Notes: a model not told the origin generated them from the sequence alone. DNA of 63,185 nucleotides, filler included, from Basidioascus undulatus (GCA_000826855.1; 8 parts of 8 records of this genome joined end to end with filler, not necessarily neighbours in it), one strand, 5' to 3'; positions 28,597 through 40,442 are shown, counted from the whole stretch's first letter. Translations and numbers: made by a program.

Positions 28597-29288
28597 TCAA
28601 ACAATAATAACATTAATTTTCGGGGGCAAGCTCTGACGCGTGTCGGTAGCCCGAGACGACTGAGAATACATCGAAGACGCGAGGTGTATGCGTTGCTTGC
28701 CATGCCGGAGCTTCTGTACGGCGGCTTGGACGGGACCGGCGGGGAGCAAGAACAGACGGTGGATCGGCCAACCTCCCTCCTCTCCGGCCTGCCTTAGGGT
28801 TCCTGGGTCAGTGTGACTCTTAACCATACCACGCCCGCCTCTGCTCAGACTCCATTGAAAATGGGATACCCACCATGACCAGCCCGAGGGGTTTGGCCAT
28901 TACTCTCTTCTTGACCTCAATGTCCGACCTTTAGCGCATGATGCTCGGCGGCCACGAGCTCCTGCTCCTCCTCGATCCCACGCAGGTGAGCCAGCGCCTT
29001 GTTCGCCTGCTCCTGCAGGCCGGTTCTCTTCTGTATGAGCGTCCGCTGGTCGCGGACGAGCGCCTCCTCCTCAGCAACGAAGGTATTCTGGCGGTACAAG
29101 AGGGCCTTGATGACGGCGTCCACGGTCGTCTGCGGTCTGAACAGTGGTCGCCAACCGTGAGCTGACGGCGCGTATGAAAGACACATGACACTTGGAAACG
29201 CACGCGAAGATGCGTGTGTTGCCTCGTCCAATCCGGCAGTTTTGAACGAGGTAACGGTCGTCGGCTTCAACCCTTCTTCTCGTTGCAT
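28597..29288 (-). CDS. hypothetical coiled-coil protein between the pheromone genes (exon structure uncertain)
   Basis: Heptad-like segment EEEALVRDQRTLIQKRTGLQEQANKALAHLRGIEEEQELVAAEHHALK can splice (GT...CAG) to AGEEGGWPIHRLFLLP. Confidence 0.3.
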
Positions 29289-30033
29289 TCTGCTAAATCA
29301 GCCATTGTCGATACTCCTACAGCCTCTCATGGTTTGGTCTGAATTGAAACCAGCCTAAATAAGGACAAGTATTCGCCGCTTCTTGTCACTTCGAACGCGT
29401 GGTGCTGCACGTGCAATGTTGGGACTTGGTAGCCCGTAAGAGCTCTGCTTTCCACAACGCTCAGATACTCCTCGGTCATCGATGTGCAATCTTTCTCTTA
29501 TGGCAGGTTGATGGCAAATCATGCACAACCTTGAATGTCTTACGACTTCCGGTCCTTTTCTTTGCAGCAGCACGGGCTTCGTGCAAACTGGTTGCACTCT
29601 GCTTTATTGCACCGCTATAAACTCCACATTGCGTTGTAATCAGTTCCATGCGTCCTAATCGACCGAATAAAGTAGGGCTCCGGGCTACTTTCTATCTTTT
29701 GGGCTCTCGGGGGAGGCAACTCCCTTTCAGCCCGTCCAAACGTGCCCGGCCCGGCCAAACTTGGAAGAGGATCAAGCTTGAAGCTCGCAAGCTCGACTAA
29801 CACCATGTGCCGTTCCCGTCTCCCTCGGCACTGATTTCAAGGGATTCCCTCCTCATTCCCTTTCAGTTCAAAGGAACTCATATCACAGCGTTTTCTACTC
29901 CTGTCTACCTCGCCCCAGCCACTCTCAGACTCGGCGTGCCACTCTTTCTTCGTTCTTCACTCTCCGCCCACTCTTCCTGGTCCTCGCCTACTGAACGCGC
30001 AGCTGCTTAGGTCAGCCGACACTTCCTTGAACT

Positions 30034-30077
30034 TTGCCAATTCCTGTGCACCTTGCCAATTCCTGTGCACCTTGCCA
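30034..30077 (+). repeat. 19-bp tandem repeat, about 2.3 copies (TTGCCAATTCCTGTGCACC)
   Basis: Exact copies at 30034-30052 and 30053-30071 plus TTGCCA. Confidence 0.9.
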
Positions 30078-30217
30078 CCCGATGCATGCCTCCCGCCTAG
30101 GGATACATAAGCAGCTCCTGCGCCGCCTCGCAGACGCTGCATCCCACTTTCACTTTCCACATCCACCTCCCGCTGTACAATCCTCTATTCTCCCTACTCT
30201 ACCAGAGTTTCACTACA

Positions 30218-30465
30218 ATGCAACCTTCTCGGACCTCCGCAATGGTTCTCTGCTACATCACCGTCACCATCGACGCCGGGAATGCGCAGGTGCAGGCGGG
30301 CACGCCTGTCAACGAGGAGAAGAACCCCGGTAAGTCTTATATACGTCTGATTTCCAACCACTCTTTATCCTCCGTGACCGGACAATGCATTATTACGGAA
30401 TACTCACGATAACGTTACTCCCCTCACCAGACTATACCAACCCTGTACAGTGCGTCGTCGCCTGA
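30218..30465 (+). CDS. lipopeptide mating-pheromone precursor copy 2 (48 aa, CAAX = CVVA); exons 30218-30329 and 30431-30465
   Basis: Splicing the 101-nt GTAAGT...CAG intron (30330-30430) gives MQPSRTSAMVLCYITVTIDAGNAQVQAGTPVNEEKNPDYTNPVQCVVA*; same intron position and phase as copy 1. Confidence 0.9.
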
Positions 30466-31408
30466 GGCAACCAACTTACAGCGACTACCGTATTGCCAGT
30501 GGGTGATGTTTCCGCACCTCCCACGACATTCTGCTCATACCCAACTTTAATAACGACTCAGTAACTTCGCCCTCTATGCCTCTCGTCTTTGCTCCGCCTC
30601 GACTTGTCATCTCGTTCTCACGCCTTGGTTGCTCCCCTTTCGTTTGCGCGACGTGCACTCTAGCGCGGTTTATGAAAGTACGGTTGATCTGTTTCATATA
30701 TGACCATGTAGACTTCATCTGAAAGCTTTGACTCCTGCCTTGTCGTGCTGGTGCCGCAAGTCGGCGCCAGTTCAAGCGTGTATCAATTTCTTCCCAGTTG
30801 GCCTCTAAAGCTGGAATTGATTTGGACTCTTTGGCTCCTGATAATTGGCCCTTCAGTTCAACTTTTTGAATGAATGCACCGTTCAGCACTGAGCCAGTTG
30901 AAGCTGCTGTGGCCAGCGTAGCGTCCCACCAAGCGTAACGAGCCGCCTGAGGACTTGCATAAATTCCTTGTGGTGTTGTGAGGAAGAAGGAAGAGATCTC
31001 GGTCACAAGCAAGCCGATCAACATTACACTGTTCTTTGCACGCAATCCGTTCCAGCAGTTGTATGCATCACGTTCGCCGACACCCTACGGAACCGAAGCG
31101 ACAACGAGCGGCGAATGCCCCAAGGGCTTTCTTGCTCTAAATCTACGACCCTACGTGCTTGGGGGAGAGCTCAGATGCTTGGCGGTGAGTGTCGGTGCAG
31201 TTGGTGAATATCCAGTCTGAGAATGTTTGGCTGCGCGCCCTGCCTAAGCTTCTGCACGGCGGAATGGAAGGGCGGGGCGGGGCGGGCGGGGGTGAAGAAC
31301 GGACTGTTNNNNNNNNNNNNNNNNNNNNNNNNNNNNNNNNNNNNNNNNNNNNTTAATTAATTAANNNNNNNNNNNNNNNNNNNNNNNNNNNNNNNNNNNN
31401 NNNNNNNN

Positions 31409-33896
31409 TTTCCTTTCTTGTGCCATTTCCCTGCATTAATCTTTCGTCATCTCTTCTTCGCTCTCCACCCTCTGACGCACTACCGGCTTCTTGCCCTTCC
31501 CTTTCTCTTTCTCCTTCCCCCTCCCCTTTTCCTTGCCCTTCTCCTTCGCCCTCGGCGGCTGTGCAGCAAGAGGCACCTCGTCATCGCTGCTCTCAATGAC
31601 GCCAATGACGTCCTCCTCGATGTCCTGCCCGAGGCGGATACGCTCCAGCCGGCCAGCATGGCGCGCCTCGAGCCGGTCTGTGACCGTGCTCCACGCATAC
31701 CGGTTGTCGAGCGCGCGGTGCCTCCCGGAGAAGCGAGACTGCCTGACCGCCGCGGCTGCAGCCGAGTTGGGGGGCTCGAAGGCGGCTGCGGCGGGGACTA
31801 CGGGGCCGGAGACGAGGGATGGCGAGTGCGAGCGAGGAGCAAGGGTGGAGAGGGGTGAGGGGACGCGCTGGGGTGGTGCAGGAGCGGAGGGAGTCGAAGC
31901 TGTGGGCGGTGGAGGTTGTTGGGCAGTTGTGGGGAGGTTGCGAGAGGTTGAGGGAGGAGAGGTAGGAGTTTGGCGAGGAGCAGCAGCGGCCTGAACAGGA
32001 GCAGGAAGTGCGTGCTCATCGGCTCGAGGGACGATGGGACGCAGCGTCAGCGCGTCGGCGACTATCTCGTATCCCCAGTCGTTGTCAGGGCTGTCCACAG
32101 CACCAACACAATCATGATCAGCGCCATTCCACTCTTTTTCAAAGGCAATCCCTCACCTGGTCGACGGCCCCAGCATCAAGTTCCGATCGAACGCCCACGG
32201 CCCCTCGTCGCCCTCGTTCTTGACCTGGAGCTCGCCATGCGTCACGAGGAGGAGGAGCGGGCCGCGCTCGCGCGCGCCGACGATCGGCCACGCGTCGAAG
32301 AGCATGGTCGATATGGGTGCATGCGACGTGCGCGGGAGGGTGTCGAAGTACTTGAGAATCTCAGTTGGGCCGACGACTGCCAAGTGTGAAAGGGAAAGCA
32401 TGAGATGAACTGGAAGAATGAGAAAGCAGGGGTGACGTGGGGAGCAGACGGACCCGGCTGATTGTGGGCTGTAGGAAAGAAGGGCGTGACGATGAAAGAG
32501 GAGACGGAGAAGGTCGCGTGGGACGTGTAGACGGAGGAGAGCTGCTGGCGGCTCTGGTCGAAGTGACGCAGGAATCTGAATAGCACCCCGCGCGTGAGCA
32601 CCAGAAAAACAAATAGGACAAGGCTCAGAAGACAGCGCACCTCGAGAGAAATGCTCTGACGCCGCGCAAAGTCTCGGGCGAGTCGGAAAAGGAATCCTTG
32701 CTCGGAGGGAGGGTCATCGCAGGCGCAGGCGCAGGCACGGGCACGGGCGCCTCGTCCTGCTCGACAATCACGACGTCGTCATCGTCGTCCCCATCGAGGT
32801 TCACCACGCCCCGCACCGACCTGCGCCAGTCGATCGCGCACCCGTCCCCGCGCTTGAAGACGCGCACGACCGTCTTCCCCTCCTCCCTGAGACGCGCACG
32901 CGCACGTTTGACGAGCACGTCGCGCTCGGGCTTGCGCAGCGTAGGCGCCCATGAGACGAGAAAAGTGCCTGTTGGGCGGGAGGGGTCGAGGTTCGGGTCG
33001 AGCGTGGGGGCAGGCTGGGGAGAGGAGGAGCGCTCGAGCTTGACGGATACGGAGGTGGGCTCCTTTGGAGGGGAGGATAGTGGGGGTGGAGAGACGGGCT
33101 CAGATTTGACAGTGGGAGGAGGTGGAGTCGCAGGAGGTGCAGGAGGTGCGGGACGCTGCCGGAGAGGGTGGATCGGAGCGGGAGATGATGAGGTTAAGGT
33201 GGATGGGCGGGGCGTGATGGAGTTCCCCACCTGCGGCGCGGGGAAATGACCCGAGCGCCTTGGCGGGGGAGCTGGCTGCATCGGCAAAGGCGCGACGCCC
33301 ACCGGCCGGGGGTCGTAGCCCGGTACGGGCGCAGCGACGGCATGCTGCGGGGTGGACCGTCCGCCGGCGTCCCAGTCGCTCAAGCGCGGACGAGGCGGAG
33401 GTGTGTAGCCCGGGAGGAGCGTGAGGCCGGGGAGGGGTGCGCTGGCGGATGGAGCGGGGGGTGTGGGGGCGAAGGAGGGACAAGGAGGCGGTGACGGGCG
33501 GGTACGGGGCGCAGAGGGAGCAGGCAAGCGTGCTTCGGGCGACCAGCTCCCAGCCCGGATGTCGTTCACGCTCGTCCACGACTTGGGAGGCGGTCGGTCC
33601 TGCCTCGGGTACGTAATGCTGCTTGGACCCGAGCTGGAGGGTCGCAACGCAGGGCCAGGACCAGAGTACGGCGTCCTCCCGCTGCCGTACCCTCCGCGGT
33701 GCCCTCCTCCCCTCCATTCGCGCCTTGCCCCACCCACCCCACCACCGCCGCTGCGCCCGTCGGTACGCGACTGAACGGCACTCGCACGTGTGCTCAGCTC
33801 TTGAGGAGCTCGTTCGCGCGGGTCGTCGCTGCGCCGGGAGCTCGAGCCAGAGCCAGGGCCAGGGCCAGACCCTGCGCCGTAGGAAGAACGCCTCAT
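31409..33896 (-). CDS. Pro/Arg-rich protein with an NTF2-like (NXF1/Mex67-type) domain; 3' end near or beyond the contig edge
   Basis: Spliced AFLSRFLRHFDQSRQQLSSVYTSHATFSVS...VGPTEILKYFDTLPRTSH...LLLVTHGE...AFDRNLMLGP...WGYEIVADALTLR resembles the NTF2-like fold. Confidence 0.65.
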
Positions 33897-36570
33897 GCTG
33901 ACGAGCTCACCAGACCATCAGCGTGTCCCCTCAGCCCAAAACAAGACTGGAAGGCCCACCAACTGGATCAGCTAAGCGCGCTCCCTGCCCACAGCACGCG
34001 GACAAGGGTGCAGCCGAGCTGAGACGGAGACTTGCGTCGCTCACAGCACTTCGCACACCGCCCAATTCAGCTGTCGCCTTCTCTCTCTCAGCTCGCACGC
34101 ATGGAATCCACACCTTTCGTGATACAATTATTTCTCGCGCCGCTTTTGGCGCTGGAACTTTGTCTGGATGTTGTGTGCGTAGCAGGATCGTTGAGATCAA
34201 TCGAGGATGCAACTTGCAAGACCAAGAACGCGAGGCAGACGCGACTAATGGAGCGCACCGTGAATTCATGGACGCCGAAAGCGCGTCGACTTCCGCGAAT
34301 GTGGGCTTCAAAAAATCAGACTAAAATATTCGTTCTTCACGGATTCGGGCAGCCGTTTCACGATTACGTGATACTTCGGAGATTCATGCAGGAGCTAGCT
34401 AAAAAGTGTCCGATGATGTGTGAACGCGACGCCGGAAGGGTGACTAGCAGTGTTGCCAGCCATTACTCGGCATGAATCCGTCAGTTAGCCTCTTGAAAAC
34501 AAGCTCGCAGTGGGGACAAACACGGGTTGTATCCGTTGATAAAACTTCAAGCTCGTTCTATACTTCCCAATGCCTACCTTCCGCAACACCTGGACGGAGC
34601 GAGACGAGCGACACTACCACGCCTACGTGTCCTCGCTGTCGTAGTATCATCCAGGAAGAGGGGGTACTCAAATCTGGTCCGTCCAGCCTTAATCTCCTTT
34701 CACAGACATAGGCATGCTTTTGGGAGTGCATACTGTACACCTGGCTGAGTGTAATGGGTCGGACAGATCTTTGGAATCGTCGGCAGCAGCGGATGGTGGA
34801 CATGGGCATCTGGGTGGGAGAGCATTCGAGGCACGCTGAAGGTAAGCCGGCCAACACGTAGTTTGCGGTTCAGTCCTGATGTTCCGAATTCCTTCCAAAA
34901 CATTAGTCATCTCCGCCCCGCCCTCTCCCCCGGTATCAGCTTCAACAGAAGCACCACCTCCTATCCTCCTCCAGAGCAACCCCACCTCCCCATCGGCCAC
35001 CGTGAAGCACCACTTGGAAGCACTCTGTCGCCGCACTGACTGTGTCGAGAAGCAGTAGAGTATCTCGTAGTAGGAAACATATAAGCGCCTTCAATATTCT
35101 CGGTGAGAGGTTCAGAAACGGAAGGCGTGTGCAAGCTCGCAGTGTACCTTCCTCTGCTGCAGACCGCTCGAATCGAGCAGCCGTGCCTACCTAGTAAAGT
35201 CAGTAGGAGACAGAAAGGTTGTGGGGCTCAGTTTCAAATAAGAGGTTTTAAATTTTCCCCTAAGGGAATAGAGATGAACGAAGCGAGCGAGCTGGTGCCC
35301 CAGATAAAGGTCATGCAGAGCTGCACCTTCACCGACATCCCACTAACACCGCCACGCTTATTTGGCAATCGTCATACCTCTTTCGTAAATACAGCGGCCA
35401 CAACCCTTGAGTCGCATTCCAAAGCTGAGCCGCTCTGCCCGCCCGCCCTGTGCTCGTCACTATCTCGCTTGACCTTCAACACCATCCCCACAACCCCCCT
35501 CACTAAAATGGCTTCTTTCTTGGATTTTACCTCCTCAATCCGAGCATCCTATCCAAAGAGTATCTCGACAAGGTGCCTACTTCTGTTTATCGCCTCTGCC
35601 GGGGTCGAGCTCATACGCGGGGCACAGTGTGCACAATCCCCCGTGCCTCCGTCGTACAAGCTTGGGTGAAAGTATTCTAGGACCGTCAAGACCATCATGA
35701 ATTCGGACACCTGCACGTACACGGATGTGCGCAAGCTCGAGGTGATTGCGGCGGCGGCAGCAGCGCGGGTGAGAGGCGTGGTCGGTCGGTGGGCAAAGGG
35801 CGAAGGACGTTTGTCTACATTGTGGTATCTGCTGTACTCTGATGAAATGGAATGGGCAGCACGAGAAGAAGGCTGCAGGCTGCAAGGAAAGCGGCACTCC
35901 GCGAGAAAGTCGCTTCGTTTTTTGGGCGTCGCTCGTTGGGTTGAACTGCATGTTGTCTTCCTGCCCCCTCACTTCCGCACTCTCTTCCTCTCTGTATTAG
36001 TATATCCCAAACACATGGCACCGGGTTTTATCCGCTTGCCTGAGTGCTAGGCTGCCTCCGTCGTTACAGACATAACTTTCGATCTGTGTCTATGTTGCCG
36101 TATTCCTGCGTGTCGCAGACGTACCAGTCAAAGCAGCTGCGGTGCTTGGCTTATCCAAAGTTTGAAGCGTAGTTCCAGGATCCAGCTATGGGTGGAAGGC
36201 GATTGCATTCAAGAGGAAGGACGGAACGCAGACCTCAAGAATGCGGTAAACGCCGAAGCCGTGAGACACCGCTTCCTGCCGGATTCCCGCTCTCAAACGT
36301 TTGCTGATAATGGAGCGAGAAAGCTGCCTGTGTGTATGAGTTCTCTCTCAATCAAGTATAAGAGTCCACCGATGTAATTCGTATACAGTATGCCTGCATC
36401 TCACGAAAGCCCTGTGCTTCGTCAACTTCCAACTCACCTCTCGCGAGTCCGCCCCGTTCTTTCCTTATGTATGCCACTTTTGCCCGTAGATCGCGGTATG
36501 CAGAAAAAAAGGGCACCTTCTTGATCATCAGACCTCGACGTGCTTCGGTTGGTTGAACTGGGAAAAAATG

Positions 36571-36634
36571 TGACGAGAGTGGGATTCGAACCCACGCCCT
36601 TTCGGACCAGATCCTTAGTCTGGCGCCTTAGACC
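36571..36634 (-). tRNA. tRNA-Leu(AAG), 5' end truncated by contig end
   Basis: Reverse complement GGTCTAAGGCG-CCAGA-CTAAGGA-TCTGG-TCCGAAAGGGC-GTGGGTTCGAATCCCAC-TCTCGTCA, long variable arm, T6 terminator downstream. Confidence 0.93.
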
Positions 36635-36734
36635 NNNNNNNNNNNNNNNNNNNNNNNNNNNNNNNNNNNNNNNNNNNNTTAATTAATTAANNNNNNNNNN
36701 NNNNNNNNNNNNNNNNNNNNNNNNNNNNNNNNNN

Positions 36735-38024
36735 GGGACGGTAGTTGGGGGTGCAGGAGGACGAAATGCTGGCCGGAGGGGGTGAGGCCGGCGTACTGCT
36801 CCTCCGACATCCACACAGGTCAGGTTCCCCTCCCAGGTGGACACAACGGGGGAGGGAGGAGGGAGGGGAGAGGGAAAGGAAGGGGAAAGGAGGAGGAAGA
36901 AGCACCTCCTCCGCATTAAATCCCTCCTCAGCGTCGGGGAAGGCAGGGAGAGAGGTGGGAAGGGCGACCGCCGACCGCAGCGCCTCCAGCTCCGCCTCGA
37001 CGTGGTCGAGCTGGGCGAGCGAGTGCCCCAGCTGCGTTGCTAGATGGGCGTTCACGCTGTCCCGCGCGGCGAGGAGGATGTCCATCTGCGGCGGGGGGAG
37101 GAAGGGTCAGCGAGTTCAGGTCCAGCCCGGACGATGGCAGAGGGGATGCGGACGAGCGTAAAGTGAAGGGGGAAGATGAGAGGAGAGGAGATGGCGGAGG
37201 GGGATGAAGGACTGGAGGGGAGGGGAGGGGGAGATGGAGACGGGGAGAGAAGAAGAGATGGCAGACGGAGGAGGAAACAGGATGGGAGGGGTGGTGAAGG
37301 TGAGAAAGAAGGAAGGGGAGAGGGAAGAATCAAGATGCACCTGCTCAAGCTGCGCAGTAAGCTCCGCAATCTTCTTACTGAGCGGGAGGATGTCGGAGGA
37401 CTGGGAGTACGAGTACGAGTTCGAGAGGAAGGATGAGGGCGTGGAGGGGAAGGTCGGGGCTCCTCCGTCCTACATCCCCGGCGGCGTGTCAGACACAGCT
37501 CAGAGGAAGATAGTTGGGAGAGGGAAACGCACCTTCACCGGACTAGCAGGCACGCTCGCCCACCCCCCTCCCGCCGCATTCGCGTTGGCGGTCTCACTCC
37601 ACGCGAGCATCGCCGCCCTATGCGCGTCGTCCATCCTTCCCCCCACTCCCACTCCCACCCCCACACCACCCGCGCCGCGGAGGGGCGAGTCGAACAGTGC
37701 TGTCGTCGGGCTGTGCGAGGGGGGAGTCCAGACGGAGTCGAAGATCCCGGCGAGGGGGCGAGCGGACGGCGGCGGGGGAGGTAGGGTGTTGATGCGAGGA
37801 AGGCCGAGGATGAGCGCGGGGGGCGGGAGGAGCGCGTGTGGGTGAGGAGGGTGCGGGTGCGGGGCGGGGGGAGGCGTGCGGAGGGCGGACGACATGGTGC
37901 GCTGTGCGGGCGTGGGGCGCTTCAGGAGCGGTGCGACGCGTCGGGGAGAGAATGGAGAAACGTACGTGGGCTTGGGGGATTGGAGCGATGGGCTAGTCTG
38001 AGGGGGTGAGAGGGAGATGGACAT
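36735..38024 (-). CDS. hypothetical Pro-rich/coiled-coil protein, multi-exon, 3' truncated
   Basis: GC3-rich exons (LLSKKIAELTAQLEQ; MDILLAARDSVNAHLATQLGHSLAQLDHVEAELEALRS) separated by pyrimidine-rich GT-AG introns; no family recognised. Confidence 0.5.
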
Positions 38025-38573
38025 GGAGATGAGCGCGCGCGTCGGGCAGGAGGGGGGAATAGCGAGCAGACCACTCACAATAGCGGTCACGGCCTGTTCA
38101 ACGACGAGTACGCGTTCTCAATACGTCCACGTAGAAAACGTAGAAAACTGCGTTGGGGCCGGTCAAAGCAGAACTAAGGAGGCGGAGAATGTGCTGGTCG
38201 AAAGGGAAGAGCGAAGGCACGCCCGTGCGAGCGAGCGCGAGTTTAGCGCGAGGAGAGCACTCGCGACGCGTTGAGGAACGCGGTGAGGGCGGAGGAGCGT
38301 GACATTTGTGATGCGAGCAAGGTAAGCAGTGGAAGAACGACGGAGGCGGAGCGGAGAGACGGAGAACCAAACAACATGAGGGAGAGGATGAAGAGCTGTG
38401 TTGCGACTCGGCTGTGAGTATTTTGAATTCGGTTTAGTCTAGAGGAGCTGCTCTGAATCTGAGAGAGTGCAGGACGAGTTCGTCGAGACGCTATTACAGC
38501 AGAGCGACGATCGCGAGGTGTTCGAAAGATGAGCCGCCGAGCGAGCACCCTCCCTAAACCGCCGTCCACCTCC

Positions 38574-38621
38574 ACTATTAACGTCCACCGCTGATCGACT
38601 ATTACCGTCCACCGCTGATCG
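38574..38621 (+). repeat. 24-bp tandem repeat, 2 copies
   Basis: ACTATTAACGTCCACCGCTGATCG followed by ACTATTACCGTCCACCGCTGATCG. Confidence 0.85.
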
Positions 38622-39054
38622 GATCCGAAACAATCAGTGACCTTTGGTAACCTGTACGACGCCAGCCATGCGGCGGCACGCCGGAGCGCACGAGGCGGAA
38701 CCCAAAAGTTTGAGCGAGAACGTTCGCGGGTGCCAGCGATGTGAGTGTGAAGAGAAGAGTCTTCCCATATAAGGATCAGCATATCGCTGGATTCACGGTC
38801 AGATGCGCACTCTGAAGAGCACATGAAGCGTTGTGTGAAAGAGTGAAGAAAGACAAGTTGAAGCTATGCTAGCTGCTGAGGTGGCTGAGCTGGCCAGGCG
38901 CTGCTGGAGCTGGGGCGCCAAACAGCGAGCTGTGTCGTCTACATGCTCAGCAGTCCAAGGACCACTTAGGTTTCCTTAATCCAACCCCTGAATTGCCGAT
39001 ACACCAAACAGGGCAGTCTACTAAAAGACCTGCTTTTTGGATGTCAGGCTCCCG

Positions 39055-39519
39055 CTAAATGCGATACAGGAAAAGAGAATCAGCCCCAGATGTTACTCCA
39101 ATCATTTCTGTACCAAGTCCGGCCGCGATACGCAACTGGTTCAGCGTGCGAGATGCCCGCGCCACGTTGGCGAGTGTGCGGAGATATTCAGCATGCCCTT
39201 GCGGAGTTTCCGGGAAGCAGTAGCGCAGATGGTCGTGCAGGATAAGAGTGAGAGTGTCGTCTGAGAGCGGTAGCTCCTCGAGAGGTAGTGGCGCCCGGCT
39301 CCTCCGCAGCAAGCCGAACAAGCCGAGAGTTAATAGGATGAAGAACAACAGCAACACTGTATGCAAGACAGCGATGCCGGCGATCAACCCGGGACTGAGG
39401 TGATTCGGGTCTTGAGTAATATCTGCAGATACTGCGCTCGAGGCGGGACCTGGCGCAGGTGTGCTGTTTGCGGGGGCGGAGTGGCTCAGAGGAAGCGCTG
39501 CGGCGAGTAGGGCGAGCAT
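39055..39519 (-). CDS. small single-pass membrane protein, hypothetical
   Basis: Signal-like MLALLAAALPL, Ser/Pro/Ala linker, hydrophobic LIAGIAVLHTVLLLFFILLTLGLFGLL followed by RRSR. Confidence 0.45.
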   Translation of the reverse strand: MLALLAAALPLSHSAPANSTPAPGPASSAVSADITQDPNHLSPGLIAGIAVLHTVLLLFFILLTLGLFGLLRRSRAPLPLEELPLSDDTLTLILHDHLRYCFPETPQGHAEYLRTLANVARASRTLNQLRIAAGLGTEMIGVTSGADSLFLYRI

Positions 39520-40442
39520 CTTGTTGGGAAGAGGCAAACAGCCAAATTGCGGGTATGGTATAAGTCAAGCCCAGGTGATTGATTGTCTTACTTCCAGCCA
39601 TCAGCTGATGGGTTGGGTCAGAGGTGATGTACCGCCACTAGGAAGGGGACGGTCCTCTGAATGCTTGAGCACAACAACCGCGCCTGCGACAACTGGCTGC
39701 AAAGCACCATTTCTTTCATGCTGAGTCCTCTGAGGCACTGGGTGGGGGTTCAAGCTGTGCCAATTGGACGAGTGTAACCTGGTAGCCTGCCTTGGCTTGT
39801 GCTCTTACTTCACCACACTCTGGACGTGAATATGAGGCTGTTTTGTTTCAATAATATCCTTGATATGCGTCCAGTCAGCATGACGAGGCATTAGCGCCCC
39901 CCGCTGCAAATGGCCTGAAACTATTCATAAAACTCCATGGTTCGTTGCTGTGAAAAGCAGTCTATCCGGCCTGTCAGTTTTGCACGTTGCACTCGCTGAC
40001 ATCCATCCCATCCGCTCGCTCGCTTTACTTTGCAACACAGCAGGGAGAACGCCATATACCAGTTTTCATCCAAATTAGTCCTTGTACATGAATGTTCTTC
40101 GTATCTGCAAGACCGTTCAAGGAATCCTTCCATGCAGTCGACGACACTGTGTCAAAACATTCTGCACTTCATCGCTCGAGGTGTCAGCCGTAACCCGGGG
40201 GCCCCGGTCATTCTACTCATAGAGGGTCCCCTCCTAGATGTATTTCTATAGAGAATGATGTTAGCAGTGTGTGCCCGTCAAAAGAGTCAAAGGAGGCACG
40301 TTGCGTCTTCGGCGGCCTGACACCTGTCACTGACACCTGTAAAATTGCATCCGGTCCTTCTCAAATTGTCAACCTGACGTCTCGCGTCTTGCCCTCTCGC
40401 AGCGTCTTCTCTCTCCCCACTCTCTTCGTCTTCCCGCCCGCC

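Larger units (their letters stand above)
29720..30465 (+). repeat. right arm of the inverted duplication (pheromone gene plus promoter)
   Basis: Collinear similarity to the reverse complement of 27332-28070. Confidence 0.88.

Noticed and set aside
30485..31045. 186-aa minus-strand ORF next to pheromone copy 2, considered as an STE3 receptor fragment
   Set aside because: No multi-transmembrane pattern or STE3 motifs; left unassigned.
32387..32395. Another TGAAAGGGA
   Set aside because: A single intronic copy on an unrelated contig; treated as background.
35508..36050. Small ORF pair separated by a TGA stop
   Set aside because: No family motif; cannot distinguish a pseudogene from noise.
38574..38621. 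24-bp repeats as a CRISPR-like array
   Set aside because: Two adjacent copies with no spacer in a eukaryotic genome; a simple tandem duplication.
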